From: Ectobacillus antri
Lineage (GTDB): Bacteria; Bacillota; Bacilli; Bacillales; Bacillaceae_G
Assembly (NCBI RefSeq): GCF_003852715.1
Contig: NZ_RIAV01000002.1
Span: forward strand, 304,296-328,295
Length of the DNA: 24,000 bases
Direction: 5' to 3'
How positions within the stretch are numbered: the first letter of the stretch is position 1; every line of letters starts with the position of its first letter. The translations under genes were made by a program, and so were the position numbers. Below, piece by piece: positions 1-11,212 of this stretch. Under the pieces are notes generated by a model. That model saw only the letters and a list, made by a program, of their open reading frames with translations, searched no databases and had not been told where the DNA came from.

Positions 1-1477
1 GATCGTTGTACTTTCACATTCCGGCATGGGAGATCCAAAGACTTATAAAGTAGGCGAAGAAAATGTATCTGCTTATTTAGCACAAAATGTACCTGGAATT
101 GATGCTGTTTTAACCGGACATTCACATGATAGAAAAGCAGAAATTATCAACGGAGTAGCCGTGACAATGCCAAGTAGTTTTGGATCTGCTTTAGGTGTAA
201 TTGATCTAGAGTTAAAGCAAGTAGAAGGTAAATGGACAGTGGACAAAACAGCTTCCAAAGCAGAGCTTCGTGATATCACGGCACCTACAGCACCACAAAC
301 ACCAGATCAGACCGTATTAAATGCTATTAAAGACGAGCATGAAGGTACAATTGCTTATGTAAATGAAAAGGTCGGCGAAACAACTACACCAATCAATAGT
401 TATTTTGCCCTTGTGCAAGATGACCCATCTGTACAGCTCGTTACCAATGCGCAAAAAGAATATGTAGAAAAATGGTTGAAGCAACCGGAGAATGCTAAAT
501 ATCGAAATATTCCGGTTTTATCAGCAGGAGCACCATTTAAAGCAGGTGGGCGAAACGGCGCAGATTATTACACAGATATCGCTGCCGGAACGCTTGCAAT
601 TAAAAACATGGCGGATTTATATGTATATCCGAATACGGTGAATGCCGTATTATTAACGGGTGCAGATGTTAAGGAATGGCTGGAAATGTCAGCAGGACAG
701 TTTAATCAATTGGATGTAACAAAGGCAGAGCCACAAAATTTGATTAATAATGAATTCCGTACGTACAACTTTGATATATTAGATGGTGTACAATATGAAA
801 TTGATGTAACGCAACCAGCTAAGTATGATACAAAAGGTAAGACAGTTAACCCGAATGCAAATCGTATTAAGAATCTTACATTTAACGGCAAACCTGTTAC
901 AGCTGATCAAAAATTTATTGTAGCGACCAATAACTATCGCGGGGCAAATGCCGGAAATCCTAGAAACGAAGATAAGTTTCCGGGTGTAAGAAATGCAGAA
1001 CTGATTTTACAAGCGCCAGATGAAAACAGACAAATTATCGTTGATTATATTAAGAAAAAAGGCAAAATTGATCCGGCGGCGGATGGAAACTGGTCATTTG
1101 CTCCAATTGGTACGGATTTGAAAGTAACCTTCCAATCGTCTCCGAACGCACAAAAGTATTTGAGTGCTGCAAAAGGTGTTACGTATATTGGTGAAGATGT
1201 AGACGGATTTGCAAAATATACCTTGACTTTGACAAAAGAAACACCTAAGCCAAGTGAGCCACCAGTTACACCACCGACAACGGAAACACCGAGAGACGGA
1301 AGTGGAGCAGCGCCGATAGTAACAGACCCTGCAAAACCAGTCACAGCACCTGTTACAGGACCAAAATCTACAGGTACTTTGCCTGATACAGCTACAAATA
1401 TGTTTGGTATGCTTGCGGCGGGTGTAGTTGCAGTTGGAGCCGGAGCCTTTGGATTGCTCAGAAGACGTAAAAAGTAA
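1..1477 (+). CDS. Cell-wall-anchored 2',3'-cyclic-nucleotide phosphodiesterase/3'- or 5'-nucleotidase family protein (YfkN/CpdB-like), 5'-truncated at window edge
   Basis: The frame is open from base 2 (IVVLSHSGMG precedes the ORF-track Met at 26), so the gene starts upstream of the window. The body resembles the C-terminal substrate-binding domain of the UshA/CpdB 5'-nucleotidase family (e.g. ATNNYRGANAG). The C-terminus has a Pro/Thr-rich linker, then LPDTA-TN, a hydrophobic stretch (MFGMLAAGVVAVGAGAFGLL) and RRRKK, which is a sortase sorting signal. Confidence 0.8.
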   Translation, partial: IVVLSHSGMGDPKTYKVGEENVSAYLAQNVPGIDAVLTGHSHDRKAEIINGVAVTMPSSFGSALGVIDLELKQVEGKWTVDKTASKAELRDITAPTAPQTPDQTVLNAIKDEHEGTIAYVNEKVGETTTPINSYFALVQDDPSVQLVTNAQKEYVEKWLKQPENAKYRNIPVLSAGAPFKAGGRNGADYYTDIAAGTLAIKNMADLYVYPNTVNAVLLTGADVKEWLEMSAGQFNQLDVTKAEPQNLINNEFRTYNFDILDGVQYEIDVTQPAKYDTKGKTVNPNANRIKNLTFNGKPVTADQKFIVATNNYRGANAGNPRNEDKFPGVRNAELILQAPDENRQIIVDYIKKKGKIDPAADGNWSFAPIGTDLKVTFQSSPNAQKYLSAAKGVTYIGEDVDGFAKYTLTLTKETPKPSEPPVTPPTTETPRDGSGAAPIVTDPAKPVTAPVTGPKSTGTLPDTATNMFGMLAAGVVAVGAGAFGLLRRRKK

Positions 1478-1480
1478 TAT

Positions 1481-1510
1481 AAAAGGTGCAGAGAGAGCTC
1501 TGCACCTTTT
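1481..1510 (+). terminator. Rho-independent terminator after the nucleotidase gene
   Basis: GGTGCAGAG (1485-1493) pairs with CTCTGCACC (1498-1506) around a 4-nt loop and is followed by TTTT. A preceding A-run extends the stem. Confidence 0.6.
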
Positions 1511-1539
1511 ACGGATTGTTAGGGGAGCGTGAAGCTTAG

Positions 1540-2112
1540 ATGAGAACTATCATTGCAGGTTTGTTATTGTTAGTGGGTCTTGTACTGATAGGGTCTAGTG
1601 TATGGGAGATTACAGATGTCGTAAAAGAACAAGACAAAGCTATGGAAGAAGCTACAAAAACAATAAAGGAGACAAAAGAAAAGGTATCTAGAGATACTTT
1701 TCAGCCGCTGGAAAATCAAACAATCGGTATTTTACGTATCCCTAAAATTGATGCACAATTACCGATTGTAGAAGGTACAAGCCCTGAAGACTTAAAAAAA
1801 GGCGTGGGTCATTACAAAACGACAGGGTTTCCGGGTGATGGTAAACAGATTTTGTTATCAGGTCATCGAGACACTGTATTTCGAAAGTTTGGTGAGCTGA
1901 AAAAGGGTGATGAGTTTATTGTGGAACTTCCGTATGGAACGTTTCGTTACAAGATGGATACTGCACGCATTGTACCTGCTGATGACACAAGTGTTATTGG
2001 CAGTGTACAGGACGAGGTGCTCAATCTATCTACTTGTTATCCATTTAGATTTATTGGATCAGCTCCTGACCGATATATCATATATGCTTATCCTTCAGAA
2101 AAGCAGTCCTGA
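1540..2112 (+). CDS. Class D sortase (YhcS-like transpeptidase)
   Basis: 190 aa with an N-terminal TM anchor. Sortase catalytic contexts are LLSGHRD (His), LNLSTCYP (TLxTC-type Cys) and APDRYIIYA (Arg). It lies immediately downstream of an LPDTA substrate. The RBS AGGGGAG precedes the ATG. Confidence 0.85.
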   Translation: MRTIIAGLLLLVGLVLIGSSVWEITDVVKEQDKAMEEATKTIKETKEKVSRDTFQPLENQTIGILRIPKIDAQLPIVEGTSPEDLKKGVGHYKTTGFPGDGKQILLSGHRDTVFRKFGELKKGDEFIVELPYGTFRYKMDTARIVPADDTSVIGSVQDEVLNLSTCYPFRFIGSAPDRYIIYAYPSEKQS

Positions 2113-2131
2113 AAAAATGGACTGCTTTTAT
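2101..2131 (+). terminator. Rho-independent terminator after the sortase gene
   Basis: AAGCAGTCC (2101-2109) pairs with GGACTGCTT (2119-2127), followed by TTTAT. The stem overlaps the TGA stop. Confidence 0.55.
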
Positions 2132-2191
2132 ACATAGTTATATCTTAAAATGTACAAAATGGAAATAAACAAAGGAGAAAAGGGGCATGTG

Positions 2192-3307
2192 ATGAAAGAA
2201 TCAGGAGCGATTCCAGCAGCTAAAACATTTGAAGCGTACTTGGTGATTTTTGCTGTTATTGGTGCCCAAACAGGAATTGGTCTTGCCGTATTCCAAAGGT
2301 TTGTTTATTTACACGCTAGGCAAGATGCAATTTTTGCGGTGGCATTAGCAGGCCTGTATGCGCATCTTACTATGTTTGTCATCATTCGCACCCTTCAGCG
2401 TTTTAAAGATAAGGATATATACGATATTCATCGGTTGGTATTTGGTAAATGGTTTGGTAGTTTTTTGAATCTTGTAGCTATGTTATATTGTTGTTATTCA
2501 GTTCTCATGGTGACTGTCACATACTTTGAGGTTTTAACGACATATATGTTCCCAGAGATTCCAAACTGGTTTGTTAGCGGTATACTTATAATTTTGTCTA
2601 TATATACAATTATAGGAGGAATACGCGTTGTTGTAGGGTTATGTTTTTATAGTGTAATCCTCTCTTCTACCGTCTTATTTGTTTTGTATCAACTTTTTCC
2701 ATATTGTGAGATAGAAAACTTTTTGCCTTTATTTGAAGCGCCGTTTTCTAAAATGCTTCAAGCGGTGTATGAAATGTCCCTTTCGCTAGCAGGATTTGAA
2801 GGGATTTATTTTTACTATCCTTATATACAAAATAAAGAGAAAACACAAAAATACGGACAAATCGGTGTATTGCTAACAAATATAGTATTTCTCTTTTTGA
2901 TTGTTTTGGCAATTGGCTTTTTTGGTGGACAGGAAATTATTAAATCTGCATGGCCTACGCTCAGTATGTATAAAGTAGTAAAGTTTCCTTTTTTTGAGCA
3001 GTATCAAGTCATAGTACTGTGCGTATTTATGTTAGCGATTCTACCAATTATTGCAATATATTTGTGGGGTTTAACAAAGGGCATTAAAAAACATATCCCT
3101 ATGTCACAAAAAACAGCTCTGTATGTCGTTTCGATTATATTGTTTCTGTGCACGTTATGGTTTCAAACTAGAAGTCAAGTCTATACTGCGGGACTATATT
3201 TTAATAAAACTGCTTTTTATATCGTGTTTGTCTATCCTTACATTTTATTTGTATCTACATGGATTGCTGCAAGAAGAAAGCAAAAGAAAGAGCGCGCTAC
3301 ATCGTAG
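2192..3307 (+). CDS. Spore germination protein, GerAB/GerKB (GerxB) permease-like subunit
   Basis: Polytopic membrane protein (~10 TM). It has GerxB-like landmarks recalled from B. subtilis GerKB: ARQDAIF near TM2, NFLPLFE mid-protein, FYYPYIQNKEKTQK, and a basic C-tail. The ORF-track start at 2150 lacks an RBS. GTG 2189 or ATG 2192 follows AGGAG (2173-2177) and AGGGG (2181-2185). Confidence 0.7.
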   Translation: MKESGAIPAAKTFEAYLVIFAVIGAQTGIGLAVFQRFVYLHARQDAIFAVALAGLYAHLTMFVIIRTLQRFKDKDIYDIHRLVFGKWFGSFLNLVAMLYCCYSVLMVTVTYFEVLTTYMFPEIPNWFVSGILIILSIYTIIGGIRVVVGLCFYSVILSSTVLFVLYQLFPYCEIENFLPLFEAPFSKMLQAVYEMSLSLAGFEGIYFYYPYIQNKEKTQKYGQIGVLLTNIVFLFLIVLAIGFFGGQEIIKSAWPTLSMYKVVKFPFFEQYQVIVLCVFMLAILPIIAIYLWGLTKGIKKHIPMSQKTALYVVSIILFLCTLWFQTRSQVYTAGLYFNKTAFYIVFVYPYILFVSTWIAARRKQKKERATS

Positions 3308-3596
3308 CGTGTTCTTTCTTCGTTATCCGTGTAATCCCGATGTTAGTAAAGTCTGTAAGGATAGCAAGGGCCAGACATAATAAGCAGAAAAACACAAAAG
3401 GTGCATATTGTACAGTTGGTACTTGGAGAATACCAGATATACATGGAACAAGTAGGTTGACTACAGTACCGGCATCTTCGAAAACGTGTGATAGGTTTTT
3501 ACGAGCTAAACCAAATCGCTCAAAGTGACCTGCAAACGTTTTACCAGGTAATATAATAGATAAGTATTGCTCACATATACACCGCTCTCCTCTCAT
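3297..3596 (-). CDS. Hypothetical 99-aa ORF downstream of a T-box leader (doubtful, possibly a gene remnant)
   Basis: Open frame with one or two hydrophobic segments (YAPFVFFCLLCLALAILTDF). Its ATG directly abuts the terminator U-tract with no Shine-Dalgarno upstream. The only strong SD (GAGAGGAGAG) lies inside the ORF. The 3' end overlaps the convergent gerxB gene by 11 nt. I recognise no family. Confidence 0.25.
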   Translation of the reverse strand: MRGERCICEQYLSIILPGKTFAGHFERFGLARKNLSHVFEDAGTVVNLLVPCISGILQVPTVQYAPFVFFCLLCLALAILTDFTNIGITRITKKEHATM

Positions 3597-3845
3597 AAAA
3601 AAAGCCCCTGCTCTAAAAGCAGGGGGAAAGTAATCACGGCACCACCATAACGTTATGATTTCAAATGGAAATCATCTTAACATGATAACGGAAAGAATTC
3701 ATTCTTTGTTTCTCAAGAAGAAAACTCAAGGAGTGTAATTTGTTTTTCATCGTGCACTGATTCGCACCAACTATTGGCTCTCTATAGTCATAGATGAGTC
3801 ACTACTGAATTCCTGTCTACGCTCGTTCATTCATTTGTTATTAAA
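3597..3845 (-). promoter_or_regulatory. T-box-type transcription-attenuation leader RNA
   Basis: On the minus strand, in order: AGAGAG bulge (+3778-3783), distal-loop motif GTTGGTGCGAA (+3761-3771) and F-box CCGTTA (+3686-3691). Then the Stem III hairpin ATGATTTC/GAAATCAT (+3655-3675) and the T-box sequence ATGGTGGTGCCGTG (+3635-3648, against consensus AGGGTGGTACCGCG). Last is the terminator CCCCTGC/GCAGGGG plus a 7-U tract (+3597-3626). A possible promoter is TTGACA (+3871-3876) with a weak -10 ATAGAA. Confidence 0.65.
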
Positions 3846-3890
3846 AGTTCTATCACAAAAACTTTTAAGCTGTCAATCTTTTATTTTGTA

Positions 3891-3919
3891 TTGAAAATTT
3901 TGTTAAAAACCAATATGAT
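3891..3919 (+). promoter_or_regulatory. SigA-type promoter for the DUF554 gene
   Basis: TTGAAA (3891-3896), a 17-nt spacer, then TATGAT (3914-3919), about 30 nt upstream of the GTG start. Confidence 0.5.
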
Positions 3920-3950
3920 ATGAAAATATTGAGAAAAGGGGATGTAAAGT

Positions 3951-4652
3951 GTGGCATTGCTCGGAACATTAGTAAACGGAGTTGCAATTATTATTGGTAG
4001 TTTGTTCGGATTGGTATTACGTAATATTTCAGAGCGAATGAAGGCAACTGTTATGCAAGGAATTGGATTGGCTGTTCTCATTTTAGGTGTCGGAATGGGT
4101 CTGAAAAGCGAGCAATTTCTTATCGTTATTAGTAGTATTGCCATTGGCTCTGCCATTGGAGAATGGTGGAATTTAGAAGAGAAATTAAATAAGTTAGGTA
4201 TATGGATTGAAAAGCGCGTGGGTGCGAAAGAAAAAGGAAGTATTGCCCGGGGATTCGTCACAGCAACGCTTGTATATGTAGTGGGAGCTATGGCGATTGT
4301 AGGCGCATTAGATAGTGGTTTACGCCATGATCATACTGTCTTATTTACAAAAGCCATGCTTGATGGCATTTCTGCTATTATTTTTACGTCTGCGCTTGGT
4401 ATCGGTGTTATGCTATCAGCAATTCCTGTGATTTTATATCAAGGTTTCATTGCCTTATTCGCCACACAAATTCAAGCGTTTGTACCAGAGGTGCTAATGG
4501 ATGCAATCATTTTGGAGATTACAGCTGTTGGAGGAATTATGATTGTGGCCATTGGCTTAAATATGTTAGAAGTTGTGAAGGTTCGTGTGGCGAATATGCT
4601 ACCGAGTTTGCTCATTGCGATTCTATTAGTTACAATTGTTAGTTTATTTTAG
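3951..4652 (+). CDS. DUF554 family membrane protein (YdfK/YqgA-like)
   Basis: 233 aa. The N-terminus MALLGTLVNGVAIIIGSLFG is typical of DUF554 (E. coli YqgA, B. subtilis YdfK). Multiple TM segments. GTG start preceded by GAAAAGGGGA. Confidence 0.75.
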   Translation: MALLGTLVNGVAIIIGSLFGLVLRNISERMKATVMQGIGLAVLILGVGMGLKSEQFLIVISSIAIGSAIGEWWNLEEKLNKLGIWIEKRVGAKEKGSIARGFVTATLVYVVGAMAIVGALDSGLRHDHTVLFTKAMLDGISAIIFTSALGIGVMLSAIPVILYQGFIALFATQIQAFVPEVLMDAIILEITAVGGIMIVAIGLNMLEVVKVRVANMLPSLLIAILLVTIVSLF

Positions 4653-4659
4653 AAAGAGG

Positions 4660-4689
4660 GTGTCCCGTAGTACGGGGCATCTTTTTTTG
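4660..4689 (+). terminator. Rho-independent terminator
   Basis: CCCGTA pairs with TACGGG, flanked by G/C and followed by TCTTTTTTT. Confidence 0.7.
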
Positions 4690-4907
4690 CTAACGAGTAA
4701 GCACAAATAAAAAGCAATATTCTTGTGGATGGGATAAACAATGTAGGGCTATATGTACAGTTTAAGAGATGCTCGTTCCGAGTCTGAATACATACATCTT
4801 ACGAGTCACTCTAATCTTTTTGTTCGTTCTGCTGTTTATGTGGAAAACGCAATGAAATTAACCAATACCTTATATAAATTATAGTCTGGGAATTAACATT
4901 ATATGGA

Positions 4908-4957
4908 TTGACATGGTTTTAGTAAAAATGTTAACCTTTTATTATAAAAGGTTAACA
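4908..4957 (+). promoter_or_regulatory. bio promoter with BirA operator (bioO)
   Basis: TTGACA at 4908-4913. A perfect 29-bp palindrome TGTTAACCTTTTAT-t-ATAAAAGGTTAACA occupies 4929-4957, of the TGTTAAC-N15-GTTAACA form known for Firmicute BirA sites. It overlaps the -10 region just upstream of bioA. Confidence 0.8.
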
Positions 4958-4972
4958 AAAGGGGCTGAGATT

Positions 4973-8191
<3,219 letters not shown>

Positions 8192-8195
<4 letters not shown>

Positions 8196-8896
8196 GACCG
8201 ACCTTTCTGATGGTGCCTGGCTGGGGAATGGATACGCCTGTTTGGGGAGAACTATGTTCCTATCTATCACCTTATCAAATTCGCTTCATCAATTGGAATC
8301 ATATGGATGAGGTACATGAATTTGAGCAAAGAGTAATAAAAGCAATGGCAGAGGAAGAGAATGTTATTTTAATTGGATGGTCTCTAGGAGCATTAGTTGC
8401 GCTTCATGTGGCGCAGCAAGAACAAGTGCTAGGTATTGTTCTTCTAGGTGGTACAGCACGGTTTACTAAGGCGGTTGATTATCCAGGATGGCCAGCGTCG
8501 TTTGTGACTCGTATGAAGCGCGGTATATTGACTGACAAAGTGAAGACACTGGCAAGGTTTGATACAAGCATGTTTACCGAGCAAGAGAGTATCTATTACC
8601 AAACGTTTTCGACCCTGCGTGCTAGATTTCAAGACTATGATGTCCATTCTTTATTGGTGGGTCTTTCTTACCTATTGGAAAGAGACATGAGGGACACCTT
8701 AGATGCAATACAAACGCCGTTACTTTTATTGCATGGTGAAGCAGACAATGTATGTCCAGTTGCAGGGGCGTATTATATACAACAAAAAACAGGTGCACGG
8801 CTGTATGTGTGGCCTGAAGTAGGGCATGCACCTCATATAACACAAGCGAGGGAGTGTGCTGATCTAATTAAACAATTTGCAGCGGAGGTTACATAA
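8192..8896 (+). CDS. bioH: Pimeloyl-ACP methyl ester carboxylesterase (BioH-type alpha/beta hydrolase)
   Basis: Alpha/beta hydrolase with nucleophile elbow GWSLG and a C-terminal VGHAPH histidine. It sits between bioF and bioC, as in B. cereus-type bioADFHCB operons. ATG 8192 overlaps the bioF TGA. Confidence 0.65.
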
Positions 8897-9726
8897 TGAT
8901 TGATAAAAGCCTTCTCAAAAAGCGCTTCAATAAAGCTGCCGCAACGTATGATGAATATGCGAATGTACAGAAGAAAATGGGAGATGCACTTATTAATCTG
9001 CTTCAGGTCAACAGTAAGCCGATTTCAATTTTAGAAATCGGTTGTGGAACAGGTTATGTTACAGAAAAATTGCTGAGGTTGTTTCCGCAATCTACCATAA
9101 CTGCCGTAGACCTAGCCCCTGAAATGATTGCTATGGCACGTTCACGTTTAAACAGCAACCGCGTTACATTTATATGTGAGGATGTGGAGCAGCTTCGCTT
9201 GGATACTACATATAACCTCATTATTTCCAATGCTACCTTTCAATGGTTAAATGATGTATCTCAAACACTGCTACGTCTTCATGAAGTACTCCGTCCAGGT
9301 GGGAACTTACTGTTTACAACATTCGGTGAAAAAACGTTTTATGAGTTACACACGGTGTATGAGCAAGCTTGTCAAGGCATTACAAATAAACGGATGGGAC
9401 AGCGTTTTTTTACCAAAAGTGCACTCAAAGAATTATGTGATGCATACGACCATTTATGTATATCTGAAGCGTATTATGTAGAACACTTTCCAACTGTATA
9501 TGAATTTTTTCACTCCGTTCGAAAAGTAGGTGCGACAAACAGTAATACGGGCTCGTATATGCAAAGTCCAAGTCTGTTCCGTCAAGTAATAGCGCTGTAT
9601 GAAAAACAATTTGGGGATTATGGATACATTCCAGCTACATACCATACATTTATTTGTTCTATGAAAAAGGGGGAGAAAAAGAATGGAAACAGAAACAAAA
9701 ACAAATTGGAAGCAACTCGCGCATGA
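8896..9726 (+). CDS. bioC: Malonyl-ACP O-methyltransferase
   Basis: SAM-binding motif ILEIGCGTGYVT and operon context. The 3' end overlaps bioB by 44 nt. Confidence 0.8.
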   Translation: MIDKSLLKKRFNKAAATYDEYANVQKKMGDALINLLQVNSKPISILEIGCGTGYVTEKLLRLFPQSTITAVDLAPEMIAMARSRLNSNRVTFICEDVEQLRLDTTYNLIISNATFQWLNDVSQTLLRLHEVLRPGGNLLFTTFGEKTFYELHTVYEQACQGITNKRMGQRFFTKSALKELCDAYDHLCISEAYYVEHFPTVYEFFHSVRKVGATNSNTGSYMQSPSLFRQVIALYEKQFGDYGYIPATYHTFICSMKKGEKKNGNRNKNKLEATRA

Positions 9727-10678
9727 TGTAATTGAAGGAAAAGGAATTACGAAAGCAGACGCGCTGCACATTCTACAAACGCCGGATGAAGAAGTGTTGG
9801 AAATTATGAATGCCGCTTACATTATTCGTCATCATTACTACGGAAAAAAAGTAAAGCTGAACATGATTATTAATACAAAGTCTGGTTTATGTCCGGAGGA
9901 TTGCGGTTATTGTTCTCAATCGATTGTATCCGAGGCCCCCATTGATAAATACGCATGGCTGACGAAAGAAAAAATCGTGGAGGGCGCGCAGGAAGCTATT
10001 CGCCGTAAAGCTGGTACATACTGCATCGTTGCCTCTGGACGTCGTCCAACGAATAAAGAAGTAGAGCATGTAATCAGTGCTGTACAAGAAATTAGAGACA
10101 CCACAGATCTCAAGATTTGTTGTTGCCTAGGGTTTTTAAACGAAGATCATGCAAAACGGCTAGCTGAGGCGGGCGTACATCGCTACAATCATAATCTGAA
10201 TACGCATGTCAACAATTATGAAAGTATTTGTTCTACACATACGTATGATGATCGTGTAGATACGGTAGAGAAAGCGAAAGGAGCAGGTATTTCTCCTTGT
10301 TCCGGCGCAATTTTTGGCATGGGAGAAACAGAGGAACAGCGTGTTGATATTGCATTTGAGTTGCAACGACTCGATGCCGACTCAATTCCTTGCAACTTTT
10401 TAGTGGCTGTCAATGGTACGCCCTTAGAAGGAAAAAAAGAATTGACGCCAATGATGTGCTTGAAAATATTAGCAATGATGCGCTTTGTTAACCCATCTAA
10501 GGAAATTCGTATTTCAGGTGGGCGTGAAGTGAATCTTCGCTTTGTGCAGCCACTAGGCTTATTTGCGGCCAATTCTATCTTTGTAGGAGACTACTTAACA
10601 ACCGCAGGACAAGAACCTACAGATGATTGGAATATGATTGCTGACCTAGGATTTGAAATTGAAGAATGTGCCTTATAA
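9683..10678 (+). CDS. bioB: Biotin synthase (radical SAM)
   Basis: CPEDCGYCSQS radical-SAM CxxxCxxC motif. Strongly BioB-like throughout. RBS GGGGGAG. Confidence 0.95.
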   Translation: METETKTNWKQLAHDVIEGKGITKADALHILQTPDEEVLEIMNAAYIIRHHYYGKKVKLNMIINTKSGLCPEDCGYCSQSIVSEAPIDKYAWLTKEKIVEGAQEAIRRKAGTYCIVASGRRPTNKEVEHVISAVQEIRDTTDLKICCCLGFLNEDHAKRLAEAGVHRYNHNLNTHVNNYESICSTHTYDDRVDTVEKAKGAGISPCSGAIFGMGETEEQRVDIAFELQRLDADSIPCNFLVAVNGTPLEGKKELTPMMCLKILAMMRFVNPSKEIRISGGREVNLRFVQPLGLFAANSIFVGDYLTTAGQEPTDDWNMIADLGFEIEECAL

Positions 10679-10680
10679 AT

Positions 10681-10717
10681 AAAAAAACTTGCGCTTTTAG
10701 AAGCGCAAGTTTTTTTA
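10681..10717. terminator. Bidirectional terminator shared by the bio and rib operons
   Basis: ACTTGCGCTT (10687-10696) pairs with AAGCGCAAGT (10701-10710). An A-run upstream and a T-run downstream let it serve both convergent operons. Confidence 0.8.
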
Positions 10718-10718
10718 T

Positions 10719-11201
10719 TTATATTGTTACAGCAATTGCTTTAAGTTCTCTGTTTAAGTTAGCCATTTCAATAGCGGCAACAGCTGATTCCCACCCTTTG
10801 TTGCCGGCTTTTGTGCCTGCGCGTTCAATCGCTTGTTCAATTGTCTCCGTTGTGACTACCCCGAAAATAATTGGTATATCCGTTTGCATAGACACGGCGG
10901 CAACGCCTTTTGCAACTTCATTACATACGTAATCATAATGCGTCGTAGCGCCGCGAATGACAGTTCCGAGTGTAATAACCGCATCATATTTGCCGCTCGT
11001 CGCTAATTTTTTCGCGATAAGCGGAATTTCAAATGCCCCAGGTACCCAAGCAATATCAATATCCGTTTCTTCAACGCCGTGACGCTTTAAAGCGTCTGTG
11101 GCGCCGCCAAGTAGCTTGCTAGTAATAAATTCATTAAAGCGAGATACAACAATCGCAACTTTTAAACCTGTTCCAACTAAATGACCTTCAAATATCATCA
11201 T
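10719..11201 (-). CDS. ribH: 6,7-dimethyl-8-ribityllumazine synthase
   Basis: The sequence closely resembles Bacillus RibH (e.g. [29 protein letters not shown]). Confidence 0.95.
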   Translation of the reverse strand: MMIFEGHLVGTGLKVAIVVSRFNEFITSKLLGGATDALKRHGVEETDIDIAWVPGAFEIPLIAKKLATSGKYDAVITLGTVIRGATTHYDYVCNEVAKGVAAVSMQTDIPIIFGVVTTETIEQAIERAGTKAGNKGWESAVAAIEMANLNRELKAIAVTI

Positions 11202-11212
11202 ATTCTCTCCTT

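Noticed and set aside
3123-3528. Plus-strand ORFs of 85 aa and 89 aa overlapping the gerxB 3' end and the region downstream of the T-box
   Set aside because: They are alternative frames and extensions with no RBS and an odd Arg/Lys/Cys-rich composition. They are likely spurious.
4913-4972. ORF-track ATG start for bioA
   Set aside because: It lies between the -35 box and the operator, has no RBS and reads through bioO. The TTG at 4973 with a good RBS is preferred.
10666-10932. 88-aa plus-strand ORF antisense to ribH, together with the many 60-118 aa ORFs antisense to or out of frame with bioA/D/F/H/C/B, ribBA/E/D, the nucleotidases and the reductases
   Set aside because: Each is fully embedded in a confidently identified gene on the other strand or in another frame. 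None has independent signals.
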